Below are positions 8,987-19,360 of a DNA stretch of 64,000 nt, one piece after another. The stretch spans positions 624,644-688,643 of the forward strand of contig JACKDE010000002.1 of the NCBI GenBank assembly GCA_020633675.1, given 5' to 3'. A program made the translations under genes and the position numbers. Every line of letters begins with the position of its first letter. The first letter of the stretch is position 1. The stretch comes from Deferribacteres bacterium (lineage in GTDB: Bacteria > Zhuqueibacterota > Zhuqueibacteria > Zhuqueibacterales > Geothermadaptataceae). Below the pieces are notes generated by a model. The model did not search any database and was not told the DNA's origin. It saw only the letters and a program-made list of their open reading frames with translations.

Positions 8987-9832
8987 TCAGTTGATTTCTG
9001 TGCGTGTGATACGCAGTTGCCGAACCTGCCCACGCCGGCCAAGCGAGTCGAGTGGCACGCCGTCGCGGAAGATGTGGGTGGCGCCGGCATTGCCTGTGCG
9101 CAGGAAGAAATAATCTTGCGCCCGCCAGGTTCGCGAGTTGCCGGGCCTGAACATATACTCGCTGGAATCGACGCCATCCACGACAAGCCTGATCCAAACG
9201 GTATCGCTGGCTTCCAGCCGCAGACTAAACGGTTGATCCGCCGGCGTTTCTTGCTGTTGCGGCTTGGCCTGCGAAATATGCGAGGCGATCGAGTCGATAC
9301 GCGCCTCATTTTCGGCAATCATATTCTCGATAGAAAGCTCATTGGCTGACTGCACTGGAGTTGAAGTCTCTTCTTCCGGCACTTCAGCCGGTTGATTGGC
9401 GATGTAAAATACCAGCGCCAGAGCCGCGATGACTGCAGCGCCAATCCCGAATTCTTTGATGTGGCTATTGCCGCTTGATTTTGGCGCTGATTGAACAGTG
9501 CCTGCAGTTTCGATGACCGGTTTTGGCGTTTCTTGTGGTGGCGGTTTCTCATTCTGCTCCAGCCGTTCCGCTTCTGCCTGCGCTGCCGCTTTGGCTTTTG
9601 CCTCGGCATCTTGCCATTTTTGTACCAGCGCCTCGCCATCTATGCCAACGCGTGCGGCAAATGTTTTAATATAAGCAGTCACATAAGGCCTGGGCAAAAA
9701 TGTAAAATCGCCAAGCTCAATTTTTTTGAGGTACTCAACGCTGATGCGGGTTTCTTCAGAGATTTCTTTGATCTCAAGTTGCTTGCTGGTCCTGCTTTTT
9801 GCCAGTTCCGCACCAATCTCTTTGGCAATCAC
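8987..9832 (-). CDS. rodZ: RodZ-like cytoskeleton protein (HTH, TM, DUF4115)
   Basis: N-terminal XRE-type HTH (ISEETRISVEYLKKIELGDF). Charged linker, then a single TM (GIGAAVIAALALVFYIA). C-terminal beta-rich domain (WIRLVVDG...YFFLRTGNA) as in RodZ. Confidence 0.6.
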   Translation of the reverse strand: MIAKEIGAELAKSRTSKQLEIKEISEETRISVEYLKKIELGDFTFLPRPYVTAYIKTFAARVGIDGEALVQKWQDAEAKAKAAAQAEAERLEQNEKPPPQETPKPVIETAGTVQSAPKSSGNSHIKEFGIGAAVIAALALVFYIANQPAEVPEEETSTPVQSANELSIENMIAENEARIDSIASHISQAKPQQQETPADQPFSLRLEASDTVWIRLVVDGVDSSEYMFRPGNSRTWRAQDYFFLRTGNAGATHIFRDGVPLDSLGRRGQVRQLRITRTEIN

Positions 9833-9839
9833 GCTGCAC

Positions 9840-10445
9840 CTACCTTCCCTTTTTCTGCAAAAAAGTGCGGCATGTTTGATAGAAATGGGCCAATGGAAAG
9901 CCCATCACATTATAAAAACAGCCATCAATTTTTTTGACAAAAACCGCCCCAGCGTCCTGAATGCCATAGCTGCCTGCTTTGTCCAGTGGACTTTTTGTTG
10001 CAATATATGAACGAATTTCCTCGCGCGTTAACTGGTGAAAGGTCACAGATGTTTGTTCAAACTCGCTGAGATGTTTATCTTCCGGCTTGAGGTAAACGGT
10101 ATAGCCGGTAAAAACCTGATGCGTCTTGCCGCTGAGCTGCAATAGCATCTGTTCGGCATCGGCTTCGTGCTCGGGCTTGCCGAGAATGGTGTTGCCAAGC
10201 ACAACGATCGTGTCAGCACTGACGATACAGCCATGCTCAAACGCTTGTGCCACTGATTGGGCTTTCTGGAATGCCAGGCTGGTGACTATTTCATGCGGCG
10301 CCAAATCTGCTGAAAAAACCTCTTCAATATCATGCAGATATACACTGAAATCGAGACCGATAGCCCGAAACAGAGCCTGGCGGCGCGGCGAATTCGATGC
10401 TAAAATCAGCGGGTGATTGGCAAAAAGCTTTTTCAGAATGTCCAT
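9840..10445 (-). CDS. maf: Maf-like nucleoside triphosphate pyrophosphatase
   Basis: LILASNSPRRQALF N-terminus, SADTIV and GKP motifs of the Maf/Ham1 fold. 201 aa. Confidence 0.85.
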   Translation of the reverse strand: MDILKKLFANHPLILASNSPRRQALFRAIGLDFSVYLHDIEEVFSADLAPHEIVTSLAFQKAQSVAQAFEHGCIVSADTIVVLGNTILGKPEHEADAEQMLLQLSGKTHQVFTGYTVYLKPEDKHLSEFEQTSVTFHQLTREEIRSYIATKSPLDKAGSYGIQDAGAVFVKKIDGCFYNVMGFPLAHFYQTCRTFLQKKGR

Positions 10446-10491
10446 ATTATCGTCTGCAAAATCATCTCAGCAACAGGCTATCATATCGCCG

Positions 10492-10947
10492 CTAAACTTG
10501 ATTGGAAGATGTGCTTTCCAGCATCAGGGTGACAGGCCCATCATTGTGGATCTCGACCAGCATCATCGCACCAAATTTTCCAGTTGCAACCGGTATCTTC
10601 AGCGCGCGCACATATTCGATGAAGGTTTCGTAGAGCGGTTCGGAAGTTTCGGGATGTGCAGAATGAATGAAACTGGGGCGGCGTCCCTTTCGGGTATCGC
10701 CGTATAGTGTGAATTGCGAGATGATCAGGACTTCACCACCAACTTCCAAAACAGAACGGTTCATGTTGCCTTTATCGTCAGGGAAGATGCGAAGATGTGC
10801 ACACTTGGTTGCCAAATAAGCCGCATCCTTCTCGGTGTCATCAACACCAACTCCGAGCAATATGACCAAGCCGGCACTGATTTCGCCCACTTTTTTATCG
10901 TCTATTGTGACCGAGCCATATTTTACACGTTGTACAAGTGCTCGCAC
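10492..10947 (-). CDS. dtd: D-aminoacyl-tRNA deacylase
   Basis: SQFTLYGD motif, GLVILLGV, C-terminal NDGPVT. The start is corrected to GTG (VRALVQRV), which has a GGAG RBS 5 nt upstream. The ORF-track N-terminal extension overlaps the ubiA-family gene. Confidence 0.85.
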   Translation of the reverse strand: MRALVQRVKYGSVTIDDKKVGEISAGLVILLGVGVDDTEKDAAYLATKCAHLRIFPDDKGNMNRSVLEVGGEVLIISQFTLYGDTRKGRRPSFIHSAHPETSEPLYETFIEYVRALKIPVATGKFGAMMLVEIHNDGPVTLMLESTSSNQV

Positions 10948-10958
10948 AAAATCTCCAG

Positions 10959-11768
10959 TTATCCGAGATAAATCGCAATCAGTCCAACCAGCATGTCCGC
11001 CTTCAGAACATTGCTGAGGGAGCTCAAATTCGCAATGTCTTTTTTGCGCCACAGAATCGCGAGCACGACAAGCAAAACAACGTCAACACCCAGCAGCACA
11101 GTGAGCAGATATGCGCGTCCGTAGTGGCCGATTACAAACGGCACTACCGTTAATGAAATCAAAACAAGATAGATGGCAGTGATCAGCGTCAAAGTCGGCA
11201 TCAATCCAAACCGGAGCGGAAAGGTCTGCGCGTCTGCGCTGGCATCGCCAATGCGATCTTCCAAATCCTTGAGAATCTCACGACCGAGATGAAAGAAAAA
11301 AGCGAATACTGCTGGAATCACACCATCCTGCCAACGGCCCGCTGCCAGCGCTCCATAAAGAAAAGCGATAGCTGTCATAAGACTGACTGAGATGTTCCCC
11401 CACAGCAGCATGCGCTTGAGATAGGCGCTGTAAGCAATTAATAAAACAGTGCTTAGTAGCGTGACCAAAATGGCATAAAAGTTTATAAATATACTAAAAA
11501 AAACACCACATCCAAATAAAAATATTGCCATACATCTGGCGGTTTTAGGCGATAATTCGCCGGCAGGCAAGGGTCGGTCAGGCCGGTTGATTCGGTCGAT
11601 ATCGATGTCGAAATAATCATTAATCGTGTTGGCGGCGGCGGTGATCAGCATCCCTGAGATGATCGCCAGCGCCACGGGCATACTGATGCGCTCGGCACCG
11701 GCAAGCACCGCCGCGATGCCAATACTGAGTCCGCCGATCAGGCAATTGACCGGCCGCACAATACGCAA
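10959..11768 (-). CDS. UbiA-family aromatic/isoprenoid prenyltransferase
   Basis: [15 protein letters not shown] (NxxxDxxxD) plus a second Asp-rich motif ([10 protein letters not shown]). About 8 TM helices. Confidence 0.75.
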   Translation of the reverse strand: MRIVRPVNCLIGGLSIGIAAVLAGAERISMPVALAIISGMLITAAANTINDYFDIDIDRINRPDRPLPAGELSPKTARCMAIFLFGCGVFFSIFINFYAILVTLLSTVLLIAYSAYLKRMLLWGNISVSLMTAIAFLYGALAAGRWQDGVIPAVFAFFFHLGREILKDLEDRIGDASADAQTFPLRFGLMPTLTLITAIYLVLISLTVVPFVIGHYGRAYLLTVLLGVDVVLLVVLAILWRKKDIANLSSLSNVLKADMLVGLIAIYLG

Positions 11769-11978
11769 GGCTGCGAAGGATTGGAGTATATTATTCTGGA
11801 TTGCTCACCTCTCGGACACGACGTTTTGCAAAGCAGTCAATTGAACGAATGGAATAATTTGATCTAAAAAGCCGGGAAACAATTGACAATTTTTCCTGAT
11901 CTTTTATAGAGTTCGGGCCTTGGTGGCAGAATGCATCAATTTTTTGAGTTCACTTTGTTCTTTAAAAGATCGAGATGG

Positions 11979-13340
11979 CTAAAATCGCAAAGTGAAAACA
12001 GTACCGACATTGGGCTCGGAATGCACGGTCAGCGCACCACGGTGCAGGCGCATGATTTGTCGTGACAAACTCAGGCCGATACCGGAGCCACCTTTTTTGG
12101 TGGTGAAAAAGGGAATAAAAATTTTTGACTGCACTTCTTTCAAGATGCCCGGGCCGTTGTCCTCAACCTGAATGAGCACTCTGCTGCGCTCATCGATGCG
12201 GGCACGCAATTGAATTTGTGGCTTGTTGCGGCCGTTAAGTGCCTGAATGGCATTGACCACCAGGTTAATCAGAATTTGCTCGATCAGTTCGGGATCGGCG
12301 GTGAGTTGCAGCGAAGCGGGCATAATATTGCGGCTGATTTTTACACCAGCCTCGTTGAGCTGACTTTGAAGCAAGCGCTCAATTTGCATGCAGAGTTCTT
12401 CAACGGAAAAGATTTTAAAAACAGGTTTTGGGATTTTAGTAAGATTGCGATAGGCGTTGACGAAACGCAACAAGCCTTCGCTGCGCCGTTCGATGATTTG
12501 CAAAGCACCGCGAATGTCGGTAATGGTTTCGCCTTCAACCGTCTTTTTGGTGTTGTCCTGTGGATCCAAATCCAGGTCTTCCAGCATGCCATTTGTGGTC
12601 GCAGCCAACGAAGAGATCGGCGTGACCGAATTCATAATTTCGTGGGTCAGCACCCGAATCAGGTTTTGCCAGGCTTCCATTTCCTTTTCTTCAAGCTCGC
12701 TTTGGATGTTTTGCAGCGAGACCAAAGTGAAATTTTGTTCGCGCATGCGAAATTCTGTGGCGTAAACCGCCAGCTGCAAGATTTCATCTTCTTCGCTCAA
12801 TTGTACCAACTTTTTTTCACCGGATTTCATCGCCAGCAGTGACTGCGCAAGCTCTTTGCTGCGGCGGCTCAGCGCATGGATGTTGCGCAAATAAGGGATT
12901 TTCAGCAAGCGCTTGGCAGCCGTGTTAATGAGCTCAACCTCGCCATCGCTGCGAAAGGCGATCAGGCCGATACCGACGTGCTGCACGACGGTCTGCAAAT
13001 AACGATAGTGTTCTTCTTTTTCGGCGCGCGCCATTCGAAATTTATCGAGAACGACAGTGAACGCGGATTTCAATTCATCGAAACTGGAGCCGAGGCCGGC
13101 ACCGCCGAAGGATTGTGAAAAATCGGAATGTTTGATGGCGTCGAGGAAGCGGGCGAGATCGCGATTGGTCTTCTCGACATAGTGGATGAGCGAGTAAATC
13201 TGATAGACCGACATCATGGTGATGATCATCGTTGCGGCGTAAAATTGGGTCTGTAGCAGCAGATAAAACAACAGATAAATGGATGCGCTGATCAGCAAAA
13301 CGCGCAGCACGCAATTGATGCGAAATCGCTTATAAACCAT
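11979..13340 (-). CDS. Sensor histidine kinase (2 TM, HisKA, HATPase_c)
   Basis: H-box LTHEIMNSVTPI. N, G1 and G2 boxes (LINLVVNAIQA, DNGPGI, GGSGIGL). Overlaps the upstream response-regulator gene by 11 nt. Confidence 0.85.
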   Translation of the reverse strand: MVYKRFRINCVLRVLLISASIYLLFYLLLQTQFYAATMIITMMSVYQIYSLIHYVEKTNRDLARFLDAIKHSDFSQSFGGAGLGSSFDELKSAFTVVLDKFRMARAEKEEHYRYLQTVVQHVGIGLIAFRSDGEVELINTAAKRLLKIPYLRNIHALSRRSKELAQSLLAMKSGEKKLVQLSEEDEILQLAVYATEFRMREQNFTLVSLQNIQSELEEKEMEAWQNLIRVLTHEIMNSVTPISSLAATTNGMLEDLDLDPQDNTKKTVEGETITDIRGALQIIERRSEGLLRFVNAYRNLTKIPKPVFKIFSVEELCMQIERLLQSQLNEAGVKISRNIMPASLQLTADPELIEQILINLVVNAIQALNGRNKPQIQLRARIDERSRVLIQVEDNGPGILKEVQSKIFIPFFTTKKGGSGIGLSLSRQIMRLHRGALTVHSEPNVGTVFTLRF

Positions 13341-14706
13341 ACTTTCCCAACCTGCGGTAGAGCGAAGTACGCGTCAATCCAAGTTCGCGCGCCGCCTGGC
13401 TGATGTTGCCGCCGTACTTGCTCATGGCCTTGCGGATCACCATTTTTTCAACATCTTCCAGATTGTAGTTATCGAAAATCATGCTGTCCTCACTGCTCTC
13501 CGGTGTGTTGAAATAGAAATCGCCGGGCTGGATCACCTGACTATCGCTTAAAATCACTGCCCGTTCAATCGAGTGCTGAATTTCGCGCACATTGCCCGGC
13601 CAGTGATATTTCAGCAGCTTTTTCATTCCTGCTGCACTGACGCGCTTGTTGGGACGGTTGTATTTTTTGGAATACATTGCCAGAAAATGGTCGGCCAGCA
13701 GTGGGATATCCTCCTGGCGCTCGCGCAAAGGTGGCAGCGAAATTTCGACGGTATTGATACGGTACAACAAATCCTGGCGGAATTCACGATTGCTCACCAT
13801 TTCCAAAATCGGCAAATTGGTGGCGCAAATTAGCCGGATGTCGATGTCGATCGCTTTGTTCGAGCCGATGCGAGTGATTTTGCGGTTTTGCAGAACAGTC
13901 AACAATTTGGCCTGCAACGGCAGCGGCAGGTTGCCGATCTCGTCCAGAAAAAGGGAGCCGCCCGAAGCGATTTCAAAACGCCCGGTTCGATCTTCCTTTG
14001 CATCTGTAAACGCGCCTTTAACGTGACCGAACAACTCACTTTCGAACAGCGTTTCGGTGAGTGCGCCCATGTCGACGCTGATAAACACCTCATTTGCACG
14101 CTTGGACTGCCGGTGCAGCTCGCGGGCGACCAGCTCTTTGCCGGTGCCGTTCTCACCCAAAATCAACACATTGGCATCGGTTTTCGCCACCTTGCTGATG
14201 GTGTCGAAGACTTTTTGCATCGCCGGGCACACACCGATAAAATCGGAAAAGGGCTGGTCGAGATCGGCGCTCAATGTTTTCTGTTTCGAGCGCAAACTGG
14301 CGGCTTCAATGCGTGACTGCCGCAGCCGCATTGCGGCAAAAATCGTCGCTAACAGCTTCTGGTTTTCCCACGGTTTCAGCACAAAATCGACCGCGCCTTC
14401 TTTGATGGCGCGCACGGCCATTTCAACATCACCATAGGCGGTAATCAACACCACCACCGCTGATGGATCGATATCGAGAATTTTTTCCAGCCACAGAAAG
14501 CCTTCGTAGCCGCTGCTGACATCGCGGGTGAAATTCATATCCAGCAAAATGACATCGTAGCTTTCGTTTTTGAGCAGCGTTGAAATCATCTCGGGATTGG
14601 TTTCTGTATCGATTCGCTCGAGATGCTGTTTGAGAAAGAGCTTCGCGGCTTGCAGCACATCGATGTCGTCATCGATAAAAAGAACTTTGCCGACTTTGGT
14701 ACTCAT
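13330..14706 (-). CDS. Sigma-54-dependent response regulator (REC, AAA+, Fis-type HTH; NtrC family)
   Basis: VLFIDDD receiver. Walker A GENGTGKE. GAFTDA (GAFTGA-like) sigma-54 contact motif. C-terminal HTH. The start is moved to MSTKVGKV, which has an AGGA RBS. Confidence 0.9.
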   Translation of the reverse strand: MSTKVGKVLFIDDDIDVLQAAKLFLKQHLERIDTETNPEMISTLLKNESYDVILLDMNFTRDVSSGYEGFLWLEKILDIDPSAVVVLITAYGDVEMAVRAIKEGAVDFVLKPWENQKLLATIFAAMRLRQSRIEAASLRSKQKTLSADLDQPFSDFIGVCPAMQKVFDTISKVAKTDANVLILGENGTGKELVARELHRQSKRANEVFISVDMGALTETLFESELFGHVKGAFTDAKEDRTGRFEIASGGSLFLDEIGNLPLPLQAKLLTVLQNRKITRIGSNKAIDIDIRLICATNLPILEMVSNREFRQDLLYRINTVEISLPPLRERQEDIPLLADHFLAMYSKKYNRPNKRVSAAGMKKLLKYHWPGNVREIQHSIERAVILSDSQVIQPGDFYFNTPESSEDSMIFDNYNLEDVEKMVIRKAMSKYGGNISQAARELGLTRTSLYRRLGKYGL

Positions 14707-14831
14707 GTTCTTTATCCTGTTTTCATTTGGACTGGAAATTGAATCATTGCGACAAGCTATTATGGAATTTGCCGGTTTGAAAAGTGTATTCAATATGGCA
14801 AAAAAAGTGCAAAAATCAAAATAGAACACGG

Positions 14832-14855
14832 CGGGCAAATGCCGCCGTTCCTATC
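14832..14855 (-). terminator. Candidate terminator hairpin in the permease/RR intergenic region
   Basis: acggcgg-gcaaat-gccgccgt stem-loop with a T-rich tract following on the minus strand. Confidence 0.3.
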
Positions 14856-15118
14856 AAAGCAAAATACATTCCGTGATGATAATGAATGCATGGCATTTAA
14901 ATACCTTGCATGAATTCCTGTTCAAATTATTCATTTTCGCGCAGGTCTTGCGCGGAATAAATGTGAACTGTGCAGTTGAATGGGCTGAAAAATAGCAGGG
15001 GTGTACGGAATCGAACGCTTTTTGTTTTGAAAACGGATAAGGCAAGAAGCGAATGGTCGCTGGCAAATCCGTGGGGCATCTTGCAATTGCAGGACACCCC
15101 ATGGGCAGAAAACTCTGT

Positions 15119-17539
15119 TTATTCGTAGCGCAACGCTTTGATCGGATTTGAAAATGCAGCTTTGATGGTCTGATAGCCCACCGTCAGCCAGGCAACACAC
15201 AAAGTAATGCCACCCGCCATCAGGAACGAAAGGCTACTCATAGAAGCGCGATAGGCAAACCCTTGCAACCAGTTTGACATGCCGAAGTAGGCGATCGGGG
15301 CAGCCAGCAGAAATGCCGCACCGACCAAAACCGTAAATTCTTTCGAGAGCAAAAAAACGATATTGCCAACATGCGCGCCCAAGACTTTGCGTACACCGAT
15401 TTCCTTTGTGCGTTGCTCCGCTGCAAAAGAGGCAAGCCCCAACAGTCCGAGGCAGGCGATGAAAACGCTGAAAAGCGTAAAGGTGCTCACGATAGATCCC
15501 GTTCGCTGCTCGGCACGGTATAGTTGATCAAAATCGTCATCGAGAAAAGTAAATTGAAAGGGCTGATCGGGCAGGCGCGTTTCCCAGGCTTGCCGGATAG
15601 CTTCAATGCTCTCGTTGACATTGCCCTTTTTAATGCGCACCAGCATAAAGTGCGGAGAATCTGCGATGGACAGTACCGCCGGCTCGATGGTGTGATGCAC
15701 CGATTCAAAGTGGAAATCTTTGACGACGCCGATCACCGGTCGAACAACCTCTTCGATCTCGCCGGGTTGTGCAAGCGTTTTTCCGACAGCATCGCTCCAG
15801 CCGAATTTGCGTACCGCCGCCTCGTTGATGATGAAACCCGAGCTATCCGTGCCAAAGCTGCTCGAGAAACTGCGCCCCGCAACCATCTCCATGCCAAGTG
15901 TTTCGATGAAATTGAAACCAACCTCCATGCTGCGCAGCAAATAGCCATCTTTTTCTGGTGTGCCCTCAGCACGATATAAATTGACATCATGATCATTGCC
16001 GGGCAAGTGGCGTGTGACGCTGGTAGATGAGACTTGATGCAGTTGCCGAAGCTCTTCTTCGAAGCTGGCTATGCCACTGCTAAGCGTGTTAGCGCGATGG
16101 ATGACCACAACCTGTTCTTTGTTGAATCCGAGGTTCATGCTATTGATAAACCGCATTTGATCGGAAATTACGAAGGCGCCGATAAGCAGGACAATAGAAA
16201 TCCCGAATTGAAAAACCACCAATCCACTCCGAAACCATCGGCTTTTCATGCCTGCTTTAAATTTGCCTTTTAACACCTCAACCGGTTGAAATGAAGCGAG
16301 AAAAAGTGCGGGGTAAAGCCCGGCCAGCACACCGACGATGACGGTAATGGCAAAAATCCCTGGCAGAAAAATGGCATTGCTGAAATAGTTGATTTCAATT
16401 TGCTTGCCAGCAAGCGTGTTGAAGAACGGCAAAGCAGCCTGTGCCAGAAGAATGGCCAGCACCATGGCTACGCTGCTCAATAAGAGTGACTCCCCTAAAA
16501 ATTGCCAGATCAATTGCGAACGGCTGGAGCCAATCGCTTTGCGCACGCCGACTTCCTTGGCGCGGTTGGCTGAGCGTGCTGTCGCTAAATTCATAAAATT
16601 GATACAAGCCAGCAGCAGGATAAAAAAGGCGATAAGGGAAAATATCGAAACATAAGCCATATCGCTGTTGGCCTCGAGTTCATCACCGATGTTGGAATGC
16701 AAGTGGATGTCTGTCATTTTTTGCAAACGGAATTCGTACAATCCACCGTTCGCAACAAATTCCTGAAAACTCTGTCCGGTGGCTTGCTGGATTTGCGGTT
16801 CCACGTACTTGCGGATGATCTCGGGCAGCTTGGCTTCGAGTGCCTGTGGCCGAACGCCTTTCTGCAAATAAAAATAGGTGATGTAGCTATTGTTGGTCCA
16901 ACGATCATTCACTGCGTAGGGCAACGTGTAGATTGAGGCGAGAAAATCAAAATGGAAATGCGATTGGTTCGGCAGCTTGTCGACAACGCCTGTGACAGTG
17001 AACGGACGTTCTGTGCCGCCACTGTTGATCGTGATTACCTGGTCGATCGGATTGGCATTGCCGAAGTATTTTTGCGCGATTTCATCGGTGATGACAATGG
17101 TGTTCGGCGCTGAGAGAGCTGTGTTGGGATTGCCTTGTAGCATTGGCTGTTGAAAAACCGCGAAAAACATCGAATCGGCATAAAGCAATTTGGTTTCAAT
17201 GAATTGCTGGTCTGCATAGCGTACCACCATGCGTTGACTGGGCTTGTCGATGCGGGTGGCAGCTTTTACTTCGGGGAATTCCGCCATCATCGCCGTTGCC
17301 ATTGGCGCGGCAGTATTGGTGACATGCACTTCATTGCCAGCAATGCGGGCGCGCAGGGTGACGCGATAAATTTGATCGGCATTTTGATAAAAGCGGTCAT
17401 AGCTCAGTTCGTCTTGCACATAAAGCAAGATTAGCAGGCAGCATGCCATGCCTACGGCCAAGCCGATAATATTGATCAGTGAGTAACCTTTGTGTTTAAG
17501 CAAATTTCGGAAGGCGATCTTGAGATTCTTTTTCAGCAT
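15119..17539 (-). CDS. ABC transporter permease, FtsX/MacB-like (duplicated FtsX with MacB periplasmic core domains)
   Basis: 806 aa. N-terminal LKHKGYSLINIIGLAVGMACCLLILLY, typical of DUF214/FtsX permeases. Two 4-TM FtsX modules. No cognate ATPase gene adjacent. Confidence 0.85.
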   Translation of the reverse strand: MLKKNLKIAFRNLLKHKGYSLINIIGLAVGMACCLLILLYVQDELSYDRFYQNADQIYRVTLRARIAGNEVHVTNTAAPMATAMMAEFPEVKAATRIDKPSQRMVVRYADQQFIETKLLYADSMFFAVFQQPMLQGNPNTALSAPNTIVITDEIAQKYFGNANPIDQVITINSGGTERPFTVTGVVDKLPNQSHFHFDFLASIYTLPYAVNDRWTNNSYITYFYLQKGVRPQALEAKLPEIIRKYVEPQIQQATGQSFQEFVANGGLYEFRLQKMTDIHLHSNIGDELEANSDMAYVSIFSLIAFFILLLACINFMNLATARSANRAKEVGVRKAIGSSRSQLIWQFLGESLLLSSVAMVLAILLAQAALPFFNTLAGKQIEINYFSNAIFLPGIFAITVIVGVLAGLYPALFLASFQPVEVLKGKFKAGMKSRWFRSGLVVFQFGISIVLLIGAFVISDQMRFINSMNLGFNKEQVVVIHRANTLSSGIASFEEELRQLHQVSSTSVTRHLPGNDHDVNLYRAEGTPEKDGYLLRSMEVGFNFIETLGMEMVAGRSFSSSFGTDSSGFIINEAAVRKFGWSDAVGKTLAQPGEIEEVVRPVIGVVKDFHFESVHHTIEPAVLSIADSPHFMLVRIKKGNVNESIEAIRQAWETRLPDQPFQFTFLDDDFDQLYRAEQRTGSIVSTFTLFSVFIACLGLLGLASFAAEQRTKEIGVRKVLGAHVGNIVFLLSKEFTVLVGAAFLLAAPIAYFGMSNWLQGFAYRASMSSLSFLMAGGITLCVAWLTVGYQTIKAAFSNPIKALRYE

Positions 17540-17959
17540 GAAGCACTCCTCCAGTCAAATAGGCAAGATTTGAGCACACGATAAGAGTCCGATTTGGGCA
17601 TGCTATCAATATGGCAAACATCGAAAAATGTTGCAGAAATTTTAAGGCTGAAGAAAAATAAGGATAACCCGTTGTGCGAATTAAATAAGCCGCTGATGAG
17701 CACAAAGTGGCCCAAATTGTCATGCCGGAGGCATCTATTTTGACGTTTCCGCGGAATATAGCGAAGTTTCCTCACGATGCCGAATGGATTCCTCCTGAAA
17801 GACAAGGGTACTATTGTTACATAAAAACAACAATTTACCCAAAAGGATTATCGCAAAAACAATTCGCACAACGAATAAGAACAGAAATATGCGATAATCG
17901 CAGAAGCCATTTGTCTGATTCATCCTGATGTGCGGGACATCGAAGCGTCGGGCGGCATT

Positions 17960-19348
17960 CTACGCCTGATGCGAAGAATCCATTTCCTTGCTGTCTTTGG
18001 GCTGGATGTCATATTCTTTCAACCTGCGGTACAGTGTGGTTTTGGAAAGGTCGAGAATTTTGCAGGCTTTTTTCTGGCTCCCATTGGTCTCGCGCAGCAC
18101 TTTGAGAATGTAATGCTTTTCAACTTCTGCCAGCGTTGCCGGGCGATCCTGTACCGGCGGCAAATAATCAAGACTCTGCAACAGGCGCGGTGGCAAATGC
18201 ACCGTGTCGACTTCGGCACTGCTGGACAGGGCAACACCGTGCTCGACAGCATTCATCAGCTCGCGCACGTTGCCTGGCCAGCGATAGCTGGTCAGGGTAT
18301 GCAGGGCAGCCTGGGAGAAGTGCAAATCAGACTTGCCCGATTTTTCGGCAAAGGTGCGCAGGAAGTGCTGTGCGAGCAACGAAATGTCATCATCCCGATC
18401 ACGTAGTGGCGGCAAATGCAACGGGATCACGGCAACCCGGTAAAAGAGATCCTCCCGAAACTCACCGCTGGCCATCATTTTGTGCAAATCTTTGTTGGTG
18501 GCAGCGATGATGCGTACAGACACACGCCGGAGTTCATTGTCTCCAACCCGGCGGATTTCGCCATTCTGGATGAAACGTAACAGTTTGACTTGCAAAGTCG
18601 GGCTCATTTCTGCAATTTCATCCAGAAAAAGTGTTCCGCCATCTGCTTCTTCGACCAGGCCGCGTTTGCTCGAAATTGCGCCGGTAAATGCCCCCTTCAC
18701 ATGTCCAAACAATTCGCTTTCCAACAGTTGCTCGGGCAACCCGCCACAATTAACCGGCACAAACGGTTTTTCCGCGTAGTGGCTGTAGTGATGGATCATG
18801 CCCGCGATCAGTTCCTTGCCTGTGCCGCTTTCTCCGGTAATCAGTACGCTGCTGTCAGTGCCGGATACCGCCAGGGCTTTCTTGATGATTTGTTGCATCA
18901 CCTGATTGACCGTGATAATATTTTTTACGCCGAACTGATCGCGCATGCTGCGTTCGAGATCGCGGATCCGTTTGCGCAAGGCATTGCGTTCCATGGCTTT
19001 CGCAACGGTTTTCGTGAGCGCCTCATCCTGCATGGGCTTGGTCAGGTATTCATAGGCGCCGCTGCGAATCGCTTCCACGGCCGTCTCGACAGCGCCGAAT
19101 GCCGTCATCATGATGACCTCGGTGTCAGGCAAAACGCTTTTGGCGTGCTTAAGCACATCCATGCCGTTGCCATCCTGCATCACGAGATCGCTGATCACCA
19201 CATCAAATATCTCGCGGTTGATTTTGCGTAGCGCATCCTTGCTACTCTGGGCTTCCTGGACCTCGTAGCCCTGCTTTTTGAGTGTAAGCACGAGCGTTCT
19301 GCGCACAGCGCGGTCATCGTCTACAACCAGAATTTGAGCCATATTCAC
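17960..19348 (-). CDS. Sigma-54-dependent response regulator (NtrC family)
   Basis: ILVVDDD receiver. GESGTGKE Walker A. GAFTGA motif present. C-terminal HTH. Confidence 0.9.
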   Translation of the reverse strand: MNMAQILVVDDDRAVRRTLVLTLKKQGYEVQEAQSSKDALRKINREIFDVVISDLVMQDGNGMDVLKHAKSVLPDTEVIMMTAFGAVETAVEAIRSGAYEYLTKPMQDEALTKTVAKAMERNALRKRIRDLERSMRDQFGVKNIITVNQVMQQIIKKALAVSGTDSSVLITGESGTGKELIAGMIHHYSHYAEKPFVPVNCGGLPEQLLESELFGHVKGAFTGAISSKRGLVEEADGGTLFLDEIAEMSPTLQVKLLRFIQNGEIRRVGDNELRRVSVRIIAATNKDLHKMMASGEFREDLFYRVAVIPLHLPPLRDRDDDISLLAQHFLRTFAEKSGKSDLHFSQAALHTLTSYRWPGNVRELMNAVEHGVALSSSAEVDTVHLPPRLLQSLDYLPPVQDRPATLAEVEKHYILKVLRETNGSQKKACKILDLSKTTLYRRLKEYDIQPKDSKEMDSSHQA

Positions 19349-19360
19349 GTCCTTTTCAGT

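Noticed and set aside
8980-9318. N-terminal 113-codon extension of the mpl ORF (MPKMRRVSTRSPR...)
   Set aside because: Overlaps rodZ on the same strand, is Arg/Ser-rich with no Mur-ligase similarity, and Mpl homology begins at NIYLLGICGTGM. A TTG start at 8979 is more plausible.
12210-12842. 210-aa plus-strand ORF
   Set aside because: Antisense to the histidine-kinase gene.
14799-14815. Sigma-54-like GG-N10-GC arrangement TGGCAAAAAAAGTGCA
   Set aside because: On the plus strand, it points away from all annotated genes (it would be antisense to the FtsX permease). The -12 element is imperfect. Likely a coincidence within an A-rich tract.
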